Shown one piece after another: positions 1 to 8,831 of a stretch of 64,000 nucleotides of DNA. Each line of letters starts with the position of its first letter. Within the stretch, counting starts at the first letter, position 1. This stretch comes from Escherichia phage EC_OE_11: sequence record OQ108497.1, one strand, 5' to 3'. A model generated the notes under the pieces. The model saw only the letters and a program-made list of their open reading frames with translations, searched no databases and was not told the DNA's origin. The translations under genes were made by a program, and so were the position numbers.

Positions 1-101
1 ACTGTTCTTAATTCAAAATCCCAAGTTTTTTACATGGGTAACGTACCTCTGAATGTCTTTTTACAAGATACAGTATATGTTTCTTCTTAAGGATCTCTAG
101 T

Positions 102-347
102 ATGAGAAAATTTTTAATAGGTATGTTTTGTACATATCCTGATAATAAAGTCAGTTCTACTAAAGTTTGGAATGCTATTGGTATGATTGTTATGTCCAGT
201 ATGTTTATTTATTTGGGAATTGATAAAGAAATTCCTGAATGGATGGGCTGGGCTTTTGTTTTTATGATCACACCATCCAGACTAATGAAGAATTTAATAG
301 ATTTACGTTGGGGCAGATCACCTGCCCCTGATAAGGAGGATAACTAA
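102..347 (+). CDS. hypothetical small membrane protein
   Basis: 81 aa ORF, AAGGA about 8 nt upstream of ATG, two hydrophobic segments; stop overlaps next start (ATGA-type coupling). Confidence 0.3.
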   Translation: MRKFLIGMFCTYPDNKVSSTKVWNAIGMIVMSSMFIYLGIDKEIPEWMGWAFVFMITPSRLMKNLIDLRWGRSPAPDKEDN

Positions 348-1834
348 TGGCAGATTATGGTTTAACAGATGCTGGTTTTGTCATTCCAACGTTTGATGAT
401 ATTTTAAATAATTATATGACAGCATTGAAAAACACTTTTGGTGCAGATACAGCTACATCTGAAGATACTGTCTTTGGTCAACTGTTCCGTATTATTGCAT
501 ATACAGATTACACCCTTTGGGAAGGTATGCAAGGTGTTTACAATACCCAAACCTTAGATGGTGCAGAAGGTATTTACCTTGATGAAATCTTCTCTAAAAG
601 AGGTTTTTATCGTAAAGCTGCTTCTGCTGGTAGTGGTTATGCTTATGTTAAATCTAACAATAAGGCAGCTTGGACTTATGAACTAAGCACAGATGTTTAT
701 TTTAATGCCGATAACGATTTGACATATTATGTCAGTGCACCAACAATGTTGAATGCTAAGATTGGAGCATATACCATTTCTAAAGCAAACGCAACAGCTT
801 CTGGTGAAACTTCTATTACTTTCTATATTCAAAGTGCTATTGATGGTGGTCTTAACAGTAAAACACTAAGTCCTAGCAATACAAACTTTATTGTAGATCT
901 CACGAATTTCATTAAAGCTAACGTATCAACAACAGATCGTGCTTTAGTATGGAATGATGCTAGTAATGTTTACATGGGTTATAATCCAGAAGATAATGTT
1001 AACCCAATAGGTCTAGTAACACCAGTGAAATTTTACGCATCTATTGCAATAGGTACAAAATGGAGTGAAATTCCAGTTACGTGTTCAGACGTTGGTTATA
1101 ATCCAGTAGGTACAGAAAGTATTACAGGTATTTCTTCAACGTTTACAGGCTTTTTAGATACAGGTAACTTCTACCCATTCTCTCCAGGTACAGATGTTGA
1201 AACAGATGCAGAATTCCGTTCTCGTTTCAATGATAATATGGATGAAGCTAATGCTGCTACTCGTGCTGCTATTGTTAAAGCTCTATTACTGACAGATGGT
1301 GTGACAAAGGTTAAGATTTATGATAACCCTACACTACACGATCAGGAACATGCTCCAGCTATGACATTCCAGACTATTGTGTATGGTGGTACAGCAGAAG
1401 AAGTTGCACAGGTTATTTATAATACTAAGCCTATTAACACCTTAACCTATGGTACAACAGCAATTACTATCATAACAGAAGATGGCGGTCAAGAAGTAAT
1501 TCGTTTTTCTCCTGGTGACAATGCTGAATATTCACTTAAACTGGTATATCAAACTGGCAATGGTAGTGTGTTAAGTACAACAGAAAGGGAAAATATTGTT
1601 TCTGCTCTTGCAAACTTACAGGCTTATTTTGAGTTAGGGTCAACAGTAACTAACGATCAGATAAAAGGTGTAATTTATTCTGCACTTGCGTTCGGACGCT
1701 TGACTTCTCTCCGTGTTTATGTTAAACTTAATACTGAGGATGACAGTAAATATAATGAGGGAGATATCACTCCAGCGTACAATGTTGTACCATCCTTTGA
1801 CCTTGATAATATTTCCTACGAGTACGGAGTCTAA
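347..1834 (+). CDS. baseplate J-like protein (baseplate wedge subunit)
   Basis: 495 aa; GGAGG RBS; N-terminal region resembles Baseplate_J/gp6-gp47 family by eye; followed by a small partner gene as in P2/Mu baseplate modules. Not HMM-verified. Confidence 0.55.
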   Translation: MADYGLTDAGFVIPTFDDILNNYMTALKNTFGADTATSEDTVFGQLFRIIAYTDYTLWEGMQGVYNTQTLDGAEGIYLDEIFSKRGFYRKAASAGSGYAYVKSNNKAAWTYELSTDVYFNADNDLTYYVSAPTMLNAKIGAYTISKANATASGETSITFYIQSAIDGGLNSKTLSPSNTNFIVDLTNFIKANVSTTDRALVWNDASNVYMGYNPEDNVNPIGLVTPVKFYASIAIGTKWSEIPVTCSDVGYNPVGTESITGISSTFTGFLDTGNFYPFSPGTDVETDAEFRSRFNDNMDEANAATRAAIVKALLLTDGVTKVKIYDNPTLHDQEHAPAMTFQTIVYGGTAEEVAQVIYNTKPINTLTYGTTAITIITEDGGQEVIRFSPGDNAEYSLKLVYQTGNGSVLSTTERENIVSALANLQAYFELGSTVTNDQIKGVIYSALAFGRLTSLRVYVKLNTEDDSKYNEGDITPAYNVVPSFDLDNISYEYGV

Positions 1835-1836
1835 AA

Positions 1837-2466
1837 ATGGCAGTGAGTGTTGACCATGTGACAACGTGGGATAGTATCAATGAAGATGTTAAAGACCTAC
1901 TGATTGAAGATTTTAAATCTTCTCCGAACATTGTCAAACTACTCTATATCATTTCTAGCGAAAAACAAAAGATAGATCAGGCAATGATCTATCTTGCCAA
2001 ACACCGCTTAATCTCTACTGCAACTGGTAAGTATTTAGATCTTATTGGTGAAGAAATGGGGATGGAAAGAAATGGTGCTACAGATGAAGAGTATCGTACA
2101 ATATTAAAAATCAGGGCTTATCGTGTTGCGTCTTCTGGTACGCGAGATGATATCATTGATATGTTCGCTCGTTTTACAGGAACAGAAAAAGAAACGATTA
2201 ATACATACGTTGGATTAAATAAAACATTCGACGTATTCTTTTATAATTTGTGTCTACAATCCGATCAGGCAGTAGCACAGTTACTTAACGTTTTCCCGAT
2301 CCTAAGTAGTTATCGCTTAGGTGCGAAAGCGGGTTCAGCCTTTGGTTTCACTTCCTATTATGCCACAAAGCCACCTCATGGTATAGGTGGTTTAGGTTCT
2401 CTTTACACAGAGGCTGAAGGAGATGATACAGGGCGAATGACTATGCTGATAGCTCAAATAGAATAA
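1837..2466 (+). CDS. putative baseplate/tail protein (gpI-like position)
   Basis: 209 aa, tightly coupled 3 nt after the baseplate J-like gene; call is by position only. Confidence 0.3.
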   Translation: MAVSVDHVTTWDSINEDVKDLLIEDFKSSPNIVKLLYIISSEKQKIDQAMIYLAKHRLISTATGKYLDLIGEEMGMERNGATDEEYRTILKIRAYRVASSGTRDDIIDMFARFTGTEKETINTYVGLNKTFDVFFYNLCLQSDQAVAQLLNVFPILSSYRLGAKAGSAFGFTSYYATKPPHGIGGLGSLYTEAEGDDTGRMTMLIAQIE

Positions 2467-2479
2467 GGAGTTACCCTTA

Positions 2480-3463
2480 ATGGCAAAGCCACAATACTAC
2501 CCTGACTGGGCGACACAAACAGTAACCCTCCCAGGAACGGGAAACACAAACAAGATTAGACCAAAAGAAACCATCCGTAATGTTGGTATGGACTTTGGTC
2601 AGATTATGACTTGTGAAGAAATGAACTGGATCTTAAACAATATTGGGTCTTGGATTCGCTATATGCAAGATGAATTCTTCCCAACATTGCCTATGACATA
2701 TCTTCCTATAGTCGGTACTAAAATTACAATGGCAGGTGATGCTACAGGTGAAGTTACATGGAATGGTAATGCTGCTGTAACATTGTCTATTCAAGTAGTA
2801 GATAACAGCCATAATCACTTATCAGCTAACATTACAGACGCAACATCAAACCAAGTTGTAGGGAATGTCCTTGTTAAGCGTGATAATGGTGGTGCTATCT
2901 ATGCAGGTGATATTTACACTTGTGGTACAAGTGCTACAGATCCTGCAACATTATTTTTTAGAAACTATAACGGACAAACAGTAGGCAATATGTCTTCTGA
3001 ACCAGGTGCAGGTGGTCAACTCTATATTTATAGAATAAATCCAGCTACTGGAAGAACATCTTGTGGAGTCCGTTTGTATGATGCAGGTTATGTTTTAATA
3101 GATAACCCTCGTTCTAATTCTGGTCAAGATACTGGTAATGGTAATGCTCTTGTAAGATTAGATTATCTTAACTCAAGACTAAACTCATTGCAAAGCACAC
3201 TGCAAAATAATATTAACAACGTTAATAGCAACTTGCAAGGCCAAATTAATAACATTAACAATAGAGTTTCTTCTGTTGTGTCTGCTATCCGTCTAGGAGC
3301 ACGTATCCAAGCTGGTGTATCTGAGTCTCGTTTCTATGCTGGTCACGTGATCACAGGTTGGGGCTTTGGTGATAAGAAAGAACTTCGTGGTGCTTGGTAT
3401 TGGTCAGCCCCGCTACAATATTATATTAATGGTAGCTGGATAACAGTAACCAACGTTTCATAA
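2480..3463 (+). CDS. putative tail fibre or baseplate-associated protein
   Basis: 327 aa; AGGAG RBS; Asn/Gln-rich coiled-coil segment (LNSRLNSLQSTLQNNINNVNSNLQGQINNINN) typical of fibre shafts. Confidence 0.3.
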   Translation: MAKPQYYPDWATQTVTLPGTGNTNKIRPKETIRNVGMDFGQIMTCEEMNWILNNIGSWIRYMQDEFFPTLPMTYLPIVGTKITMAGDATGEVTWNGNAAVTLSIQVVDNSHNHLSANITDATSNQVVGNVLVKRDNGGAIYAGDIYTCGTSATDPATLFFRNYNGQTVGNMSSEPGAGGQLYIYRINPATGRTSCGVRLYDAGYVLIDNPRSNSGQDTGNGNALVRLDYLNSRLNSLQSTLQNNINNVNSNLQGQINNINNRVSSVVSAIRLGARIQAGVSESRFYAGHVITGWGFGDKKELRGAWYWSAPLQYYINGSWITVTNVS

Positions 3464-3472
3464 GGAGAGTCT

Positions 3473-4024
3473 ATGAAAAAAGATGTTATTTTTACAGGTT
3501 TTGAATTGTACGAACCGGAATTAACAGAGGAAAACATTCTTTATCTTTCTGTTGGCGGTGGTTTTTTGCAAGACAAGGATGGTAATGATTGGTATCAACT
3601 TCAAAAAACTTTGATGGCTGAATATCCCGACGCTTATTTTATTACCTTAGATGATAATAATATTGTACGTGGTGCTACTAAAGATGTTACTACCTATTTC
3701 CCTGCCGGACAATCTATTTTAGTTACATATAATGCACCAGATAAAATAGAAGATGAAAGTAATATTGGCTCTTGGCAATATGTTGAAGGTAAATTTGTTC
3801 CTCACAATAGTCTTGCTATTGAAGATGCTACTCTTAAGTTAGAAAAGGAGTTAACTTGGGCTACGAATCAAGTGTCTGCGATTCAAGATTTAGAGGAATT
3901 ACAAGGTTTATCTGAAGAACAAAAAGATTGGTTAGGAAAAGTTAAACTCTATCGTGCAACATTAATTCAAATTAACGTTGAAGATGCACCTAATATAACT
4001 TGGCCTACAAGACCTAAGAAATAG
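3473..4024 (+). CDS. hypothetical protein (structural module)
   Basis: 183 aa ORF with AGGAG RBS in tail gene block. Confidence 0.25.
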   Translation: MKKDVIFTGFELYEPELTEENILYLSVGGGFLQDKDGNDWYQLQKTLMAEYPDAYFITLDDNNIVRGATKDVTTYFPAGQSILVTYNAPDKIEDESNIGSWQYVEGKFVPHNSLAIEDATLKLEKELTWATNQVSAIQDLEELQGLSEEQKDWLGKVKLYRATLIQINVEDAPNITWPTRPKK

Positions 4025-4033
4025 GGGTAATGT

Positions 4034-4375
4034 ATGGAGCTAACAGAAGTATGGGATATCGCTAAAGAGGCGATTATCCCTCTTATTGGCGTAATCTGGG
4101 TGGTCTTCAAACAGAAGATAGATGATATGGCAAGTGATTTGGACAAAATGGAAGAGAAATACCGTGAACTAGAAAAGAAGTTGGTGTTTGTTGAATCCAC
4201 TTATGCTACCAAAGCAGAACTTGCTCAAATGCTTAACCAGATCAACTCTACATTAATGGCAAATAATACTGCCTTAGAACAGAAGATTGAAAAAATAATG
4301 GATTTAAAAAATGCTCCTGTTCAATTAATGCTAGAGGAGATTACAAAGCGCACACAAAGTAAGGACAAAAATTAA
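4034..4375 (+). CDS. hypothetical coiled-coil protein with N-terminal hydrophobic segment
   Basis: 113 aa; hydrophobic IIPLIGVIWVVF then charged coiled coil; stop overlaps next start. Confidence 0.25.
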   Translation: MELTEVWDIAKEAIIPLIGVIWVVFKQKIDDMASDLDKMEEKYRELEKKLVFVESTYATKAELAQMLNQINSTLMANNTALEQKIEKIMDLKNAPVQLMLEEITKRTQSKDKN

Positions 4376-6789
4376 TGGCGAATTTTCCAACATATCCTGC
4401 TACGACACTAGAACAAGGTGTTGATCTGGTTATATTCTCGTCTAACCAGATGCATGATGTTATTAATGGGGATGCTACAGCAACTGTAGAAACCGAAACA
4501 GGTTTAATACCTACACTGCGTAAAGCACTTGTTGATAACTTCTTCTTTAAGAGTCCTGTTGCTTGGTCAGCAGGATCAACTGAAACTGTATTTAACCAGT
4601 TACGTTATTTTGAAAATGGTATCTTGAGTGGGTACTATTATGCTCCATCTGCCACTACTGCGAACCCTGTACCTATGCAGGGTACACCTGTAGGAGACAG
4701 TAACTGGACTCTGTACGCTCTTAAAACTGAACAGTTAGCTTCAGATGTGTATCCTTGGTATTTTAAAGGTGCTACAGGATATGAAACAGAAATCAGTCCT
4801 CCTTATATCTTTGATAATGCTATTGTCACCATTAACGGTGTAATTCAGATTCAAGGTGAAGCATTTACTATCAAAGATAGTAAAATTATTCTGGCAGAAC
4901 CATTAGGTTTAGATCCGTCTACTGGTCTACCTAACAAATTGTTTGCTTTTATTGGTAAAACAACAGCCTCTACTTCTTACGTAGAGAAAAACCTTTTGTC
5001 ATCTACTACTGGTGCAGCAATGGTTGGTCTTCCATCTGGAGGCAACCTGTTACAAGCTCAATACTTTGTAACGCCTGAGCAGTTTGGTGCAATTGGCGAT
5101 GGAGTTACCGATGATACTCAAGCAATTTTAAAAACCATTACTTTCGCTAACACGAATAACATTCAAGTACGTGCAGATAAGAATTATAGATTCACAAGCT
5201 CAATTGCTATGTCTGGTATTCGTTGGTATGGTGGTACATTCACTGGTAACGGTGGAACAATGATTTCTACTGTATCCTGCTGGATTGAAAACGTTCGCTT
5301 TGAAAAATGTTATGTTAAGATGTTAGGTGGGGATTGCCGATTCTATCGTAATATCTTCTCCAATGCAACATCTACAGCAGCATTCTTAATGCAAGCAATG
5401 ACTAGTGAAGGTACGTTGGACTTCAGTTACAACGAAATGTATGGTTGTAAATATGCGATCCTGCAACAAGGTACTGGAGAAGTAATGACCTATGGGCGTT
5501 ACTCTAACAACTATATTCACGATATCAAAGGTGATGCTATTGAACTTAATGTAGTTCAAAGACACTACACGGAAGGTTTGATTATCGAGAATAACCACAT
5601 TGCTAACGTAGATGCTTCTGGACAAGGTGCAAACTGGGGTATTGGTATTGGTGTAGCAGGTAGTGGCCCATATGGTGTTGATGCTCCTGATTCACAATAT
5701 GTACGTAATTTCAGTATCATTGGGAATAGGGTTTACAATTGCCGTCAATGTTTACACGTTGAAATGGGTAAAAACTTCACAATACGTGATAATGAAGTTT
5801 ATCCTAACACAGCAGTTTCAACAGGTACAGGTTTAACTACTTGTGGTGTTGCATTATACGGATGCCAAGACTTTGAAGTTGATGGTTTAACTGGTTATCT
5901 GCTTAATGATCCGTCTGTTTCAACACGCATGGTCTTTATTGACTGGGGTGTTAACGGTGGAAGATATGCGGGGCCACCAATTAACTTTACAATTAAGAAT
6001 TTGGATATTCCAGAATCTTCGATTGAGATTGCAACGGCTGGATCAGACGACTGGGAAAACTCTACAATTGTTAGTAACATCAATTGTAATGATTTTAAAT
6101 GGCGTGGGCTACCATCTAGCTCTACTTTTAATAATATTCGTTGCCGTAGTATTGACTTTATTGGTCAACACGGAAGCGGAGAAGGAAGTGGTGGCGGTTT
6201 CTATGCTCGCAGCCAATTCACGTATATGAAGTGGGTAGGATGTACAGCACTTAGCGGAGATGAAACAACAGTTTCTTTTGCTAAAATCTACACGGATCGT
6301 TGCGATCAGGTTGGAAATAACTTTGGTGTTCCAACTGCTGTTGATGGTACAGGTCATCGTGGGCCAGTCTTAACCACTATTTCTGAACAATATTTTACAA
6401 CTTATGATGAATTCCCAGGTGGGCGTGAATTCCCTACTGGAACAGTTATTCATTGTGCAAGCGGTAAAAAACATGTTGTTACAGTAGGTGGTGCTTTCTT
6501 TAGTGACAACGAGAAAATAAAAGCAACTGTTACAGGTCAAACCTATCTACAGTCTAATGCTTTAAACTGGGCTAGTAATAGCTACGCTAAAGCGGCAGGT
6601 ACTAAGATTGTTATTCCAGGTGCAGGAGCAAATGGTGGCGATCTTGTGACAACTATAGCACGTGCAACATATGTGACAAATAGTTTGTACACAATAGATA
6701 TTGCAGATCCAATTGTAACACCTACAGCAGAGAATACAAAAATTAAAGCTCTGAATCCTGTTACTTTTGTCACTGTCAATAATGCTTAA
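4375..6789 (+). CDS. tailspike/tail fibre with pectate-lyase-like beta-helix (putative polysaccharide depolymerase)
   Basis: 804 aa; motif FGAIGDGVTDDTQAIL matches the N-terminal signature of the Pectate_lyase_3 family; repeated NxxG/beta-helix-like rungs (NYIHDIKGDAIEL, IENNHIANVDASGQG). Confidence 0.65.
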   Translation: MANFPTYPATTLEQGVDLVIFSSNQMHDVINGDATATVETETGLIPTLRKALVDNFFFKSPVAWSAGSTETVFNQLRYFENGILSGYYYAPSATTANPVPMQGTPVGDSNWTLYALKTEQLASDVYPWYFKGATGYETEISPPYIFDNAIVTINGVIQIQGEAFTIKDSKIILAEPLGLDPSTGLPNKLFAFIGKTTASTSYVEKNLLSSTTGAAMVGLPSGGNLLQAQYFVTPEQFGAIGDGVTDDTQAILKTITFANTNNIQVRADKNYRFTSSIAMSGIRWYGGTFTGNGGTMISTVSCWIENVRFEKCYVKMLGGDCRFYRNIFSNATSTAAFLMQAMTSEGTLDFSYNEMYGCKYAILQQGTGEVMTYGRYSNNYIHDIKGDAIELNVVQRHYTEGLIIENNHIANVDASGQGANWGIGIGVAGSGPYGVDAPDSQYVRNFSIIGNRVYNCRQCLHVEMGKNFTIRDNEVYPNTAVSTGTGLTTCGVALYGCQDFEVDGLTGYLLNDPSVSTRMVFIDWGVNGGRYAGPPINFTIKNLDIPESSIEIATAGSDDWENSTIVSNINCNDFKWRGLPSSSTFNNIRCRSIDFIGQHGSGEGSGGGFYARSQFTYMKWVGCTALSGDETTVSFAKIYTDRCDQVGNNFGVPTAVDGTGHRGPVLTTISEQYFTTYDEFPGGREFPTGTVIHCASGKKHVVTVGGAFFSDNEKIKATVTGQTYLQSNALNWASNSYAKAAGTKIVIPGAGANGGDLVTTIARATYVTNSLYTIDIADPIVTPTAENTKIKALNPVTFVTVNNA

Positions 6790-6792
6790 TTA

Positions 6793-6814
6793 AAAAGGGG
6801 CGAAAGCCCCTTTA
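6793..6814 (+). terminator. rho-independent terminator-like hairpin
   Basis: GGGGC-GAAA-GCCCC stem-loop followed by TTTATAAAA, directly after tailspike stop. Confidence 0.5.
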
Positions 6815-6830
6815 TAAAAGGAGTAGTAAA

Positions 6831-8792
6831 GTGATTTTAACACGTCCAAATAGTGCCATTGCAGACATGGTAGAGTCTCGCTATAGAAAGCGTAGAAGTT
6901 TTGCAAGTGGTTTTACCTTAAGAGATGCTCGTGAAGCATTGCTCTTTGAAGCTGACGGTAACTACTATCAGTGGAAAGGTTCTCTACCTAAAGTTGTACC
7001 TGCTAACTCTACTCCTACATCGACTGGAGGGATTTCAGATACAGCTTGGAAAAATGTGGGTAATGCAGATGACATTGCTCAAATAGAATCAGAATTAGAT
7101 GCTATTGAAGCTGAAATTGAAGATCTTAGAGAATCCATCCCAGAAGCTGGTAAATCAGCTTACCAGATTGCCGTAGACAATGGTTTCCAAGGTACTGAGA
7201 CAGAGTGGTTGGCTTCTTTAAAAGGTGATCCAGGTGCTCCATTAAAGCTATTAGGAACGCTGTCTAATACCAACCAATTACCTACAACTGGAAACAATGC
7301 AGGGGATGCATGGATTGTAGGCGAGAATATGTATGCTTGGGATGGTACTGCTTGGAGAAAAGTAAACTCACAGGGGCCAGAAGGTAAATCTGCTTATGAA
7401 GTATGGCTTGCAGCAGGAAACGAAGGTACAGAACTAGATTATCTTGCCTCAATTAAAGGTGATAAAGGGGAGCCTGGCCCAGAGGGGCCACAGGGTGTGC
7501 CAGGTAACAATGCTAATGGTTTTGATTACCAAGGTGCAGCTAATTCCGTTTCAGATCTTCCTTCTGCATCTCCTGGAAACACATCTCAAGCATGGAGTGT
7601 TGGTACATATCTATACGTGTCAAACGGTGTAGAATGGATCAATATGGGTGCTATAGTGGGGCCAAAAGGAGATAAAGGCGACAAAGGAGATAAGGGTAAC
7701 ACTGGTGATTCCGCTTATCAAGTCTGGTTAAATGCTGGTAACGTTGGTACTATTGACGAATATATTGCCTCTCTGAAAGGAGAAAAAGGTGATAAGGGAG
7801 ACAAGGGTGATCAAGGTGAGCAGGGTATACAAGGCTTGACGGGGCCAACTGGCGCAGGGTTGACCATTATTGATATTCTGACTAACACTTCTGAACTACC
7901 ACAAACTGGAGAAGATGGTGATGGTTATCTGATCAATAATGAACTTTGGGTCTGGTTGCAAGGAGCCACAGAGTGGACAAATGTTGGTCGTTTAGCTGGT
8001 ACTCCAATCACTGCAAAAGGACACGTTGCGTCTGCAAGTGCACTTCCTCCTACAGCCAATTACGGTGATGCTTATCTGACGGAAGATACAGGTCATCTTT
8101 ACATTTACACCTATGATGAACAAACTCAAACTGCTGAATATGTAGATATGGGTAGTTTGAAAGGCGATAAGGGTGAAAAAGGTGACGCTGGTACTAATGG
8201 TACAGACGGTGCAACTTGGATTGTTAAAACAACAGATCCAATCTCTAGTGATGGTAAACAAGGTGATTATGCCTTTAATATCTCCACTGGCGAGGTGTTC
8301 TTAAAAACATCTGCAACTGTCTGGACTTCTCAAGGTACACTACCTAGCATTACAGATGCACCTAGTGACGGTAAAATTTATGCTCGTAAAGATGGAGCAT
8401 GGGAAGAACTCACTAGTTCTGTAGATGGTCAAGATATAGTTCCAACAAAAGTAACAACTAATTTTATAGAGGTTACAGCATATACCAACAATTCTGTTAC
8501 AGGTGACTGGACACCTCCAGGAACACATAACATGAATGTGTTGAATCTTACTGGTAACTCTACTATAAAAGCATGGCCTGGTGTCGAAGATAGCACAAAA
8601 CCTAAACCATTCTCTGCAATAGTTTATCTTATCCAAGATGCCACTGGAGGTCGTACTGTTACTTTAGATCCATCTTATAAAGTAATTGGTTCTAGTGATA
8701 TTAATACAGATCCTAACGGAGTAACAATACTACAACTAACATATTGTGGTGTTGGCGATTACGTGGATGCTATTGTTGCTAAACGCACATAA
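6831..8792 (+). CDS. tail fibre protein with collagen-like G-X-Y repeats and phage fibre repeats
   Basis: 653 aa, GTG start after AAAGGAG; GPKGDKGDKGDKGNTGD and GEKGDKGDKGDQGEQGIQGLTGPTG collagen-like runs; three copies of KSAYxxxxxxGxxGTExxxLASLKG, the known phage tail-fibre repeat. Confidence 0.65.
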   Translation: MILTRPNSAIADMVESRYRKRRSFASGFTLRDAREALLFEADGNYYQWKGSLPKVVPANSTPTSTGGISDTAWKNVGNADDIAQIESELDAIEAEIEDLRESIPEAGKSAYQIAVDNGFQGTETEWLASLKGDPGAPLKLLGTLSNTNQLPTTGNNAGDAWIVGENMYAWDGTAWRKVNSQGPEGKSAYEVWLAAGNEGTELDYLASIKGDKGEPGPEGPQGVPGNNANGFDYQGAANSVSDLPSASPGNTSQAWSVGTYLYVSNGVEWINMGAIVGPKGDKGDKGDKGNTGDSAYQVWLNAGNVGTIDEYIASLKGEKGDKGDKGDQGEQGIQGLTGPTGAGLTIIDILTNTSELPQTGEDGDGYLINNELWVWLQGATEWTNVGRLAGTPITAKGHVASASALPPTANYGDAYLTEDTGHLYIYTYDEQTQTAEYVDMGSLKGDKGEKGDAGTNGTDGATWIVKTTDPISSDGKQGDYAFNISTGEVFLKTSATVWTSQGTLPSITDAPSDGKIYARKDGAWEELTSSVDGQDIVPTKVTTNFIEVTAYTNNSVTGDWTPPGTHNMNVLNLTGNSTIKAWPGVEDSTKPKPFSAIVYLIQDATGGRTVTLDPSYKVIGSSDINTDPNGVTILQLTYCGVGDYVDAIVAKRT

Positions 8793-8794
8793 TC

Positions 8795-8820
8795 AAAGCC
8801 CCTTCGGGGGCTTATTATTT
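8795..8820 (+). terminator. rho-independent terminator-like hairpin
   Basis: AGCCCC-TTCG-GGGGCT followed by TATTATTT. Confidence 0.5.
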
Positions 8821-8831
8821 AAGGAGATTAA

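Noticed and set aside
102-347. Interpretation of the first small membrane ORF as a holin
   Set aside because: It lies at the head of the baseplate gene cluster with no adjacent endolysin or spanin; two hydrophobic segments alone are insufficient, so left as hypothetical membrane protein.
1640-1864. Minus-strand 74 aa ORF overlapping the end of the baseplate J-like gene
   Set aside because: Lies entirely antisense to a long, well-supported plus-strand gene and has no RBS; typical shadow ORF. The same reasoning was applied to other antisense ORFs in the track, for example 2633-2818, 5386-5625, 5895-6357, 7992-8636, 9587-9907, 15417-16738, 18230-18967, 24789-25061, 26198-26770, 28740-29204, 29298-30063, 31231-31747, 35815-36151, 36851-37177, 51451-51945 and 57668-57874.
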